In this document: one piece after another, positions 25,454 to 40,423 of the stretch | Layout: each line of letters starts with the position of its first letter | How positions within the stretch are numbered: position 1 is the first letter of the stretch | From: Macrostomum lignano | Taxonomy: Eukaryota | DNA: 64,000 nt | Direction of reading: 5' to 3' | Assembly (NCBI GenBank): GCA_002269645.1 | Contig: NIVC01000509.1 | Location: forward strand, 1 to 64,000 | The notes under the pieces: generated by a model | What the model saw: the letters and a program-made list of their open reading frames with translations, nothing else | The model's database searches: none | What the model was told of the DNA's origin: nothing | Made by a program: the position numbers and the translations under genes

Positions 25454-25977
25454 TGGCTATCCTGCAGAATTTTTGGCTGCACTGTATGCACATTTTTGTT
25501 TGTAGCTATTGTAGTATTATTGACATGATAGAAATGACATGAAATATTCGGCAATGTTGCAGTTTGTTTCTCGTAATTATTTTTACTTTTGAATACGCGC
25601 CAACATCGCTCCTTAGTCACTGAATCCTCAAAAGTCGCTCAAAACAAGTCTCAGAACTCAAATCCTCACAGGGGATATTAGTAATGGGCAATCCAATACA
25701 CTGCACCAAAGACATTGGTAGGGTACATGCATGTACCATCATATATGTAGTGCAAAGGGAATATGCCATCCATCAGATTCAGCAGCTCGGCAACAGGTAC
25801 AACCTTGGCAGAAAGCCGGCTTCCGTGACACGTTGGTGCATATTCAAAAGTAAAAATAATTATGCAAAACAAATTGCAACATTGCCAAATATTCATTTTT
25901 AGAAAATTTCATGTCAATAGCTAAAAAAAATGTGCGTAACAGTGAGTTTAACAAACAATTCTGCAGGATAGCCAATT
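25454..25977. mobile_element. Foldback/MITE-like element with about 150-bp imperfect inverted arms
   Basis: 25454-25606 (TTGGCTATCCTGCAGAATT...ATTATTTTTACTTTTGAATA) is the reverse complement of 25832-25977. Confidence 0.75.
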
Positions 25978-26754
25978 TTTTTGCATGTGCATTTCATTTT
26001 GTTCTGTTCATCAAAATTCATGTGATCAGTTTGTTTGCAATATCATGTTTTTTGTCATCGACATCTGTTCTGTATAGGCAGGCCTACATAGGCTATAGGT
26101 ATAGGCCTAGGATAATATTGGGTAAGCAAATTAGTATATAGTATAGGTCAAGTCAACATTTGGTTGGGTCTTTTAGGTAATAATATCTTTTAGATATACT
26201 TTTTCCTTTTTAGAAATGATTTCATTATCTTTACTTTTAGTAGGCCTACTAGCTGGGGTAGGCTATCTACTAGCATCAAAAATTTTTATTAGGCCTATAT
26301 CCCCTCTTTATTGGTTACACAAGTTAAATAGAGTAATTATCTTGGCAGGCAATGGGGCAGAGTGAGTTTTGTTATCATTTGATATTGAATCTGTTGATGC
26401 AATCATTAAAATTGGCTATGAAGTCTTTCACTGTGTGCAAGCTAGGGCCTAATAAAATTTGCATTGAAAAAGCCCATTTAAATCAGTTTTTTGACTATTT
26501 AATCCTTTCCTTTTGCTTTAGCAATAAGCTAGAGCTTAAAAAATTACATACAGGCCTACTGTCCTAGACACATTTAATATCTTTTGGTGAAAAAATAGAG
26601 AAAATTGGTTGAGCCATTCAGAAAATAATTGATTACGCATAAGCAAGCAAGATTTTTATTTTTAGTAGGCCTATATCTGATATCTGATGACTAGCAATTT
26701 AAGCCCCCTGTTAGGGAGCAAAGAAAGAATTTAATAATTTTAATAAAAATATAA

Positions 26755-27030
26755 TGTAGCAAGCAATCCCCCAGATAGCAAGCATCCCCTAGACAGCAAG
26801 CAATCCTCCACCTATACAGCAAGCATTCCTCAGATAGCAAGTATTCCTTAGATAGCAATCAATGATTCCCTTAGACAGTAAACATTCCCTTAGACAGCAA
26901 GCATCTCTCAAATAGTAAGCAATCTCCTAGACAACAAGCATCCCCTAGATTGCAAGCAACCCCTCAGACAGCAAGCAATCCCTCAGAAAGCAAGCAATCC
27001 CCCAAAAGCAAGTATCCAATAGATACTTAG
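26755..27030. repeat. About 20-bp minisatellite (GCAAGCAATCCCCTAGACA family)
   Basis: Tandem AGCAAGCA(A/T)TCCC..AGA units. Confidence 0.75.
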
Positions 27031-27237
27031 CAAGCACCAAAGACTTAGGACACACACAGGCAGACCATTTTTTAGTATCAGCCATATATGCTTTGGCACT
27101 ATAGTCAAAAACATAGCAGTGATAGGCTGCTTAGTATATGGGCAAAGCCAATGCACAGTTAAGTAAAATCTATGAATATAGCAATTGTCTATGCAATCCA
27201 CCAGTTAGCCAAGGTTAGAATATACATATAAAGCATG

Positions 27238-27712
27238 TTTAACGGCCTTTAGGGCTAACCCCCCAAGGCACATTGAAGTGTACATGCCTAACAATAATAT
27301 AAAGTTAGGGCCACTATATACTCCGATATAAGTATGTGCCTGCATACATATCCGCGTACTTGTATGCCTGCTCAAGGGAGTTGGCGGAATAGGCAGTAAT
27401 GCCTCTTGCTGGTTGTGTGCCTATGTCGCTTAAAGTGTGCCAGGTTGCACACGACCCCCTGCTAACCCCCCAAGGCACATTGGGGGGTTAGGGCTAACCC
27501 CCCAAGGCACATTGAAGTGTACATGCCTAACAATAATATAAAGTTAGGGCCACTATATACTCCAATATAAGTATGTGCCTGCATACATATCCGCGTACTT
27601 GTATGCCTACTCAAGGGAGTTGGCGGAATAGGCAGTAATGCCTCTTGCTGGTTGTGTGCCTATGTCGCTTAAAGTGCGCCAGGTTGCACACGACCCCCTG
27701 CCTCTAATAAAA
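27238..27712 (+). mobile_element. Tandem pair of 5'-truncated SINE copies (same family as 32016-32362)
   Basis: About 210-bp direct repeat (27251-27461 and 27490-27707) ending CCTCTAATAAAAAA; reverse complement of the SINE body at about 32016-32240. Confidence 0.8.
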
Positions 27713-28974
27713 AAGATAGCCTTAGTTGAATGAATCAATGATATCTCATTGCAAATCATAAATCATGCTGTTTATAAGCCTATACTAGAATAGAAAACAA
27801 AAGCCTTAACCAATTGCATAGGATGCCAGGCAAGTTAATTTTTTTATAATTGTAAATTATACTTATACAACTAAGAATTGAGTTATATTTAAGAAAGGTC
27901 TTAGTTTTTTTTCTTAGGTCTTAATTTTTCTCAAGCTTAAGAGAAAGGGTGGCTGTGGTTATGGCCAAGTGTTCAAAGTTGATACCATAAAAAATTCTAG
28001 GCTGACAAGATATATAATAGCCAATATAGAGAATTTAGCATAATTTAAAGGCTTGTTAATTGTTTACAAGTTTAGGTAGCAAAATGACAATCTTGACAAT
28101 TTTAGGATTGTTATTGCTATTGCCATCATAATATTTGGAGAAAATCCTTTAACATATAGGAAAAAACAATAATAGTAGATATATATATATTTAATATCAC
28201 TAAAAAATAATGAATGTCAATATATTTGTCATTGTCATATAATGGAAGTTTTACAGCAAAAATTATTTTATACATATAGTAGTAGGCTATAGCAGTCTTG
28301 CAAGCCTATATATAATATCTAAAGCAACTAGCTATAACTTTTTGAAACAAAATTTGTAATAAAATAACTATCATTATCTAAATTGACTAAGCTGAAAAAT
28401 CACTGGATTAAAAAGGTAGAACAAACATTTAGTAGATGCACTGCCAACTGATTACTATTATTGTGCTACTGCCTAACATTAAAAGCCTGGCTCTGTACAC
28501 TACAATATGCCTGGCATTGCTCATATTGCACAATGCAAAGTTCCATGGGACAAAAGCCAAGCCTAAGTGTCACAAAAGATGCTTTTTTATATAAAAGCAA
28601 TTTAACAAGCAAATAAAAGGCTAGCTCTCATCATCTAGCTTTCCTATTCAATCAGTTGTGGTAGCAAATATAGCAAGGACATCAATTTTTAGATAAAGCA
28701 CAATGTGTCCTTAGCTTACTTGTACAACAGTTAAATGTTAGTAGATAAAATTCTGCGCTATATACGAGTAGCTTGTGTCCAATGAATGTTGCAATCCCAT
28801 AACATGCACCTGTAGAAACTTGTGCCAAATATAGCCTAATACAGCTTTATCGATGACTCAATACCATTGTGTACAAACTGAACAGGGTGAGCTATAGGCA
28901 TCGAAAAATACTTGAAATTGACTATCACAGTAAGCACATAGCTGCTTCTATTTGAAAAGAATAGTGGCATTTAA

Positions 28975-33318
<4,344 letters not shown>

Positions 33319-33539
33319 AAATATAAGCCGGCTACCCGTCTCTCCTCTTGTCTGCTCGCATTGCCCGCCGGTGGCTCAGCTTACATAGTTTATTGCTTGT
33401 CTTTTTTAGCTGACGTGTGAGCATCTGTTGCTGGGATATTTGGACTCAAGGTCTGTCTTTAAAGACCTATAGTATGGGATTTTAATACCCAGTGGATCCA
33501 GGATGTTGGGACTCAAAATCTAAAATTTTGGAATTAAAA

Positions 33540-35100
33540 CCTGCAATGATACGACTTGAGATCTGATGTTGGGACTTGAGATCTAGAATGTTGGGACTTG
33601 AGATCTAGAATGTTGGGACTTGAGGATCTAGAATGTTGGGACTCAAGATCTAGAATGTTGGGACTTAAGATCTGATGTTGGGACTTGAGATCTAGAATGT
33701 TGGGACTCAAGATCTAGAATGTTGGGACTTGAGATCTAGAATGTTGGGACTCGAGATCTAGAATGTTGGGACTTGAGATCTAGAATGTTGGGACTTGAGA
33801 TCTAGAATGTTGGGACTTGAGATCTGATGTTGGGACTTGAGATCTAGAATGTTGGGACTTGAGATCTAGAATGTTGGGACTTGAGATCTAGAATGTTGGG
33901 ACTTGAGATCTAGAATGTTGGGACTTGAGATCTGATGTTGGGACTTGAGATCTAGAATGTTGGGACTTGAGATCTAGAATGTTGGGACTTGAGATCTAGA
34001 ATGTTGGGACTTGAGATTTAGAATGTTGGGACTTGAGATCTAGAATGTTGGGACTTGAGATCTAGAATGTTGGGACTTGAGATCTAGAATGTTGGGACTT
34101 GAGATCTAGAATGTTGGGACTTGAGATCTAGAATGTTGGGACTTAAGATCTAGAATGTTGGGACTCAAGTTCTGGAATGTGGGGACTCAAGATCTGGAAT
34201 GTTGGGACTCACGATCTAGAATGTTGGGACTCCAGTTCTAGAATGTTGGGACTCAAGATCTGGAATGTTGGGACTCAAGATCTGATGTTGGGACTTGAGA
34301 TCTAGAATGTTGGGACTCCAGTTCTAGAATGTTGGGACTCAAGATCTGGAATGTTGGGACTCAAGATCTAGAATGTTGGGACTCCAGTTCTAGAATGTTG
34401 GGACTCAAGATCTGGAATGTTGGGACTCAAGATCTGATGTTGGGACTTGAGATCTAGAATGTTGGAACTTCAGTTCTGGAATGTTGGGACTCAAGATCTG
34501 GAATGTTGGGATTCAAGATCTGATTTTGGGACTTAAGATCGGGAATGTTGGGACTTGAGATCTGGAATGTTGGGACTTGAGATCTAGAATGTTGGGACTT
34601 GAGATCTAGAATGTTGGGACTTGAGATCTGATGTTGGGACTTGAGATCTAGAATGTTGGGACTTGAGATCTGATGTTGGGACTTGAGATCTAGAATGTTG
34701 GGACTTAAAATCTGAAATGATGGGACTCAAGATCTGGAATGTTGGGACTCAAGATCTGGAATGTTGGGACTAAAGGTCTGAGATGTTGGGACTCAAGATC
34801 TGGAATGTTGGGATAGAAGGTCTGAAATGATGGGACTCAAGATCTGGAATGTTGGGACTCAAGATCTGATTTTGGGACTTGAGATCGGGAATGTTGGGAC
34901 TGAGGGTGTGAGATCTTGGGACTGAAGGTCTGAGATGTTGGGACTGAAGGTCTGAGATGTTGGGACTGAAGGTCTGAGATGTTGGGACTGAAGGTCTGAG
35001 ATGTTGGGACTGAAGGTCTGAGATGTTGGGACTGAAGGTCTGAGATGTTGGGACTGAAGGTCTGAGATGTTGGGACTGAAGGTCTGAGATGTTGGGACTC
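33540..35100. repeat. 21/19-bp minisatellite (GATCTAGAATGTTGGGACTTGA), with a 21-bp GAAGGTCTGAGATGTTGGGACT variant at the distal end
   Basis: About 1.5 kb tandem array downstream of the U2AF2 stop codon. Confidence 0.95.
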
Positions 35101-35804
35101 CGTTGGGATCCTAGGCCGCCTTCCCCATATGCAGCCGCAGCACTCTGTAAATTGTGTCTGTGTTTAATTTTTGTCATTGTTATTTGTTGTCTCTGCTATT
35201 TAGGAGCTGGCATGCTTGGCTTTGCTAAGCGGCTTATTCATTGTTATTAATACTATTATCAATATTCACTAAAATAGGGATTTATGCATTGAATTTTCTA
35301 AGTAATCCTGTTTTTAATTCATGTGTGTCTTCTTGTGTAAGCGTAATTTCACAAAAAAATTGTTATACTGTACTCATCCCTCGTGTCGAGTAGTAATTTA
35401 AGCTTTTTTATTCTGATTTAATTTGCTACGAATGTTGAATTTTCCTCTCGATAAGTCTGTTCTCGCGTATGCGATAACAGTAATTCCGCAGTTCCTATTT
35501 AATATTGGTTCAAGTTGCTGTTTTCAGACTAGGTAACAGCAGCACTGTTCGATTGAAGTGCATTCTTTGCCGCTTCCGGTTCAGGTCTGTCATGCTCTTC
35601 TTTGTTTGCAATAGAAGCATTCTCGCTTAGGTATGTCTCTTATCTTTTCTTTTCCCTCCCCCAGGCACAGGTGTGGATCTGTCAATGTCGGCCGGTTAAT
35701 TAATTATTGATCCTGCTGTGCAGCCTCTCCGTCTCATTGTTTTAGGGAGAGTCACATTGCAGCAGCCTTCTCTATTGCGGCCTTTGGCATCTGTCTCGTG
35801 CTTT

Positions 35805-36125
35805 CCTATGCTCTTCTCTCCCCTTCTCTCCCCATCCACCTTCCTCTCTCAACTCTCCTTTCTCCCTCTTATCTTCCTCTCCTCTTTCCCCTTCTCTCCC
35901 GTCTACCCTCCTCTCTCCCTCTCCTCTTCCTCTCCTCTCTCCCCTTCTCTCCCCCTCTACCCTCCTCTCTCCCTCTTTTCTTCCTCTCCTCTCTCCCCTT
36001 CTCTCCCCCTCTACCCTCCTCTCTCCACTCTCCCTTCTCCCTCTTCTCTTTTCCTCTCTCTCTCTTCTCCTCTCTCCCTCTCCCTCTTCTTTCACGATCT
36101 GCCCTCTCCTCTTCCACTATTCTCT
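35805..36125. repeat. CT-rich low-complexity tract
   Basis: Almost pure pyrimidine sequence. Confidence 0.9.
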
Positions 36126-37054
36126 ATTTGATGAAGAATGCCTCTCCTTGATGCAGTCCCAGCAAGCATCATCACTCTACCATAAATACAGACCTGTTCA
36201 TCCCCTGTTGAAGTTTTCAAAGGCGCATTAATTATTATTAACCAATGACACCCTGCAGGCTGCAACAAAAATATAGAAATCAATATTTAGTGCCCCCACA
36301 TTGCTATATTAAAACTTCAATTTTTATCAACACAAGTCGTAATGAAGGCACAACTGGCCATGCAAAGCAAATAACTTGTTGCCTTTTTTACTTATTTCAG
36401 CCGAACTTTTAGGCGGCGGCCTGAGCAGTTTTTTTATTTAGCCAGATCTTTTTTTTAGGTTTTCTTTTAGACTGTGCGGTGGGCAAAGCGCTTCTCTTCG
36501 TCGATTGTCTCCAGTGGTCTTCTGGCAGATGCGACTGGATCTTCACTTCTTTCTAATCAATAATTTAGGGTTTTCAGTTTGGCGGATTTTTGCGACACCG
36601 AAAAGTACGTGCGCAATCATTGATATTACTGTTAGTATTATTGATGATTATGAGCTGAAAAAATTCCTCGGAAATTAATTTCAACTTCCCCACCCCGTTT
36701 CCCGAAAACCGTTTCAGGGGATTTTTTAGGTCCAGTTTCTTTTCTGAAGTTGTTTTTAGGGTCAGGCAGACAGTTGGTGATGAAGGCGGCTGAGCAGCGT
36801 CTGCATTTTGTTGCATCAATCGAAACTTGAGAACTGCAATTATTCGCACACGAACTTGAATCTGCTATGCCGTGATGCATTTCTATTTAAAATATAAATT
36901 TATTGAACTGCAGGCACATGCATCTGCTGTGCAATTCGATCGCTATGCGCTTGACAAACTGCTGTTTCACCGTTAGGGAGTTCGGCCAGTTTGTATTAAC
37001 ATCAGGGTGTTTATGGGCTTATGAGGGATTTCTTGGTAGGAAATTCTTCATTTT

Positions 37055-38735
37055 CAAGTTGCTGGGCATTCCTACACTCCCAGATCCTCAGTTGCTGGGC
37101 ATTCCTACACTCCCAGATCCTCAGTTGCTGGGCATTCCTACACTCCCAGATCCTCAGTTGCTGGGCATTCCTACACTCCCAGATCCTCAGTTGCTGGGCA
37201 TTCCTACACTCCCAGATCCTCAGTTGCTGGGCATTCCTACACTCCCAGATCCTCAGTTGCTGGGCCGTCCTTCAAAATCCTTATCTGCTGGGCCAGCGTC
37301 CCAAATCCCTTGTTGCTGGGCCAGCCTCCCAGATCCCCTGGGCCGTCCTTCAAAATCTTTATCTGCTGGGCCAGCGTCCCAAATCCCTTGTTGCTGGGCC
37401 AGCCTCCCAGATCCTCAGTTGCTGGGTCGTCCTTCAAAATCCTTATCTGCTGGGCCAGCGTCCCACATCCCTTGTTGCTGGGCCAGCCTCCCAGATCCCC
37501 TGGGCCGTCCTTCAAAATCTTTATCTGCTGGGCCAGCGTCCCAAATCCCTTGTTGCTGGGCCAGCCTCCCAGATCCTCAGTTGCTGGGTCGTCCTTCAAA
37601 ATCCTTATCTGCTGGGCCAGCGTCCCAAATCCCTTGTTGCTGGGCCAGCCTCCCAGATCCTCAGTTGCTGGGTCGTCCTTCAAAATCCTTATCTGCTGGC
37701 CCAGCAACAAGGGATTTGGGACGCTGGCCCAGCAGATAAGGATTTTGAAGGACGGCACAGCAACTGAGGATCTGGGAGTGTAGGAATGCCCAGCAACTGA
37801 GGATCTGGGAGTGTAGGAATGCCCAGCAACTGAGGATCTGGGAGTGTAGGAATGCCCAGCTAGCAGCCCAGCAACAGGGGATCTGGGAGGCTGGCCCAGC
37901 AACAGGGGATCTGGGAGGCTGGCCCAGCAACAAGGGATTTGGGACGCTGGCCCAGCAGATAAAGATTTTGAAGGACGGCCCAGGGGATCTGGGAGGCTGG
38001 CCTTATCCCTTATCTGCTGGGCCAGCGTCCCAAATCCCTTGTTGCTGGGCCAGCCTCCCAGATCCTCAGTTGCTGGGTCGTCCTTCAAAATCCTTATCTG
38101 CTGGGCCAGCGTCCCAAATCCCTTGTTGCTGGGCCAGCCTCCCAGATCCTCAGTTGCTGGGTCGTCCTTCAAAATCCTTATCTGCTGGGCCAGCGTCCCA
38201 AATCCCTTGTTGCTGGGCCAGCCTCCCAGATCCCCTGGGCCGTCCTTCAAAATCTTTATCTGCTAGGCCAGCGTCCCAAATCCCTTGTTGCTGGGCCAGC
38301 CTCCCAGATCCCCTGTTGCTGGGCCAGCCTCCCAGATCCCCTGTTGCTGGGCTGCTAGCCTCCCAGATCCTCAGTTGCTGGGCTGCCAGCCTCAGATCCC
38401 CAGTTGCTGGGCTGCCAGCCTCCCAGACCCTTAGTTGTTGGGCCAGCCTCCGAGATCCTCAGTTTCTAGGTCAGCCTCCCAAATCCCCAGTTGTTAGGCC
38501 AGCCTCCCTGATCCTCAGTTGCCGGGCCAGCCTCCCAGATCCTCAGTTGCTTGGCCAGCCTCCCAGATCCTCAGTTGCTGGTCCAGCCTCCCAGATCCTC
38601 AGTTTCTGGGCCAGCCTCCCAGATCCCCTGTTTCTGGACCAGCCTCCCAGATCCCCTGTTGCTGGGCCAGCCTCCCAGATCCTCAGTTTCTGGGCCAGCC
38701 TCCCAGATCTCCTGTTGCTGGACCAGCCTCACTGG
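37055..38735. repeat. Complex minisatellite (CCTCCCAGATCCTCAGTTGCTGGG family) with an internal inverted block at about 37700-38003
   Basis: 33-bp units x6, then longer compound units, then the same units reverse-complemented, then forward again. Confidence 0.93.
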
Positions 38736-39519
38736 TTGCCACTCAGATCTAATTGGTGTGTTCAGAATTGCTCTAAAGAAGTCATTAGACTACCGCCATT
38801 TCGCATTCATGATTTCAAAGCGCATTAGTTTGAGAAGTAAATGACTAGATCAAATTTTTAGTAGATATGCTAAAAATAGCAATAGCAGAAAAGTCAGTTT
38901 TTTTCTACTTGCTAGTAGTGCGATTAGCGTATCGTCGTTATTATTAATTAAACGCTGCCAAATGATGTTCCAGGCGCCAAGCCGATCACACCGGCTAATA
39001 TGGCGACGAAGGCGTCAGCGGTTGCTTGACAGCCTGAATCACGAGCACCCTTCTCTATTGGTGTAGCTGTCATATAACAGAAATTTGCTATTCCGTCCGT
39101 GACCGTGTTGTCATCGGCTCCGCGAGTATCGATCAGTCTGTAAGTTTTAATGATCGCTTTTTAGACTAAACCTCAGATGACATCAAATTTAACTTATAAT
39201 GACCCTAACCGTAACTTAAGTAATACCAAGCTTGACCTTAAATGTTCCTTATGCTCAAATGACCCTGTGCCTCAACTCTAATGACCCCTGAAGTCGGAAC
39301 TCAAACGGCAGCTAAGGCTGACTACAAACTACTTCTTTAACCTCACCCTAGGAGACTTTAGGCCTTAAGACTGAATCAATCAAGAACTAAATCACCCCGA
39401 ATGTGATCTCATATACCCTAAAACTGACCTTAAATAACCGCAATCCTGACCACAAATAACCCTACAATCTGTCCTCAAATGACCCCAAATCTAACCAAAA
39501 ATAACCCTTTATCTTACCT

Positions 39520-40200
39520 CAGTTGCAGGGCAAGCCTCCCAGAGTGTCAGTTGCAGGGGCAGACTCCCAGATCCTCGGTTGCTAGGCCAGCCTCCCAGAT
39601 CCTCAGTTGCTGGGCCAGCCTCCCAGATCCTCAGTTTCTGGGCCAGCCTCCCAGAGTGTCAGTTGCTGAGCCAGACTCCCAGATCCTCAGTTTCTGGGCC
39701 AGCCTCCCAGAGTGTCAGTTGCTGAGCCAGCCTCCCAGAGTGTCAGTTGCTGAGCCAGCCTCCCAGAGTGTCAGTTTCTGGGCCAGCCTCCCAGAGTGTC
39801 AGTTTCTGGGCCAGCCTCCCAGAGTATCAGTTTTAGGGCCAGCCTCCCAGAGTGTCAGTTTCTGGGCCAGCCTCCCAGAGTGTCAGTTTCTGGGCCAGCC
39901 TCCCAGAGTGTCAGTTTCTGGGCCAGCCTCCCAGAGTATCAGTTTCAGGGCCAGCCTCCCAGAGTGTCAGTTTCTGGGCCAGCCTCCCAGAGTGTCAGTT
40001 TCTGGGCCAGCCTCCCAGAGTGTCAGTTTCTGGGCCAGCCTCCCAGAGTGTCAGTTTCTGGGCCAGCCTCCCAGAGTGTCAGTTTCTGGGCCAGCCTCCC
40101 AGAGTGTCAGTTTCTGGGCCAGCCTCCCAGAGTGTCAGTTTCTGGGCCAGCCTCCCAGAGTGTCATTTTCTGGGCCAGTCTCACAGATCCTCAGATCCTC
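39520..40200. repeat. 28-bp minisatellite (CAGCCTCCCAGAGTGTCAGTTTCTGGGC), same family as 37055-38735
   Basis: Tandem near-identical units. Confidence 0.93.
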
Positions 40201-40423
40201 ATTCTGCACTGTTAGAGTGCAAGAGGCTAGCGACAAACACAGCCTAAAATCTGACCTGAGATGACTCCGAGCCTAGCCACAAACACCCTATAACAAATAA
40301 CATCAAGACGTCAGGTGGCCCTTAAGCCTTGCTCCGACCTTAAATGACCTAAAGACTCACCTCAATTATGATCTCAATGACTATAACTGATCATCCACTA
40401 ACTCTCCCGGCCATAGACCAACA

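Noticed and set aside
36903-40264. Multiple 100-340 aa repetitive ORFs on both strands
   Set aside because: They arise from the CCTCCCAGA minisatellites and are open in several frames, with no recognisable domain.
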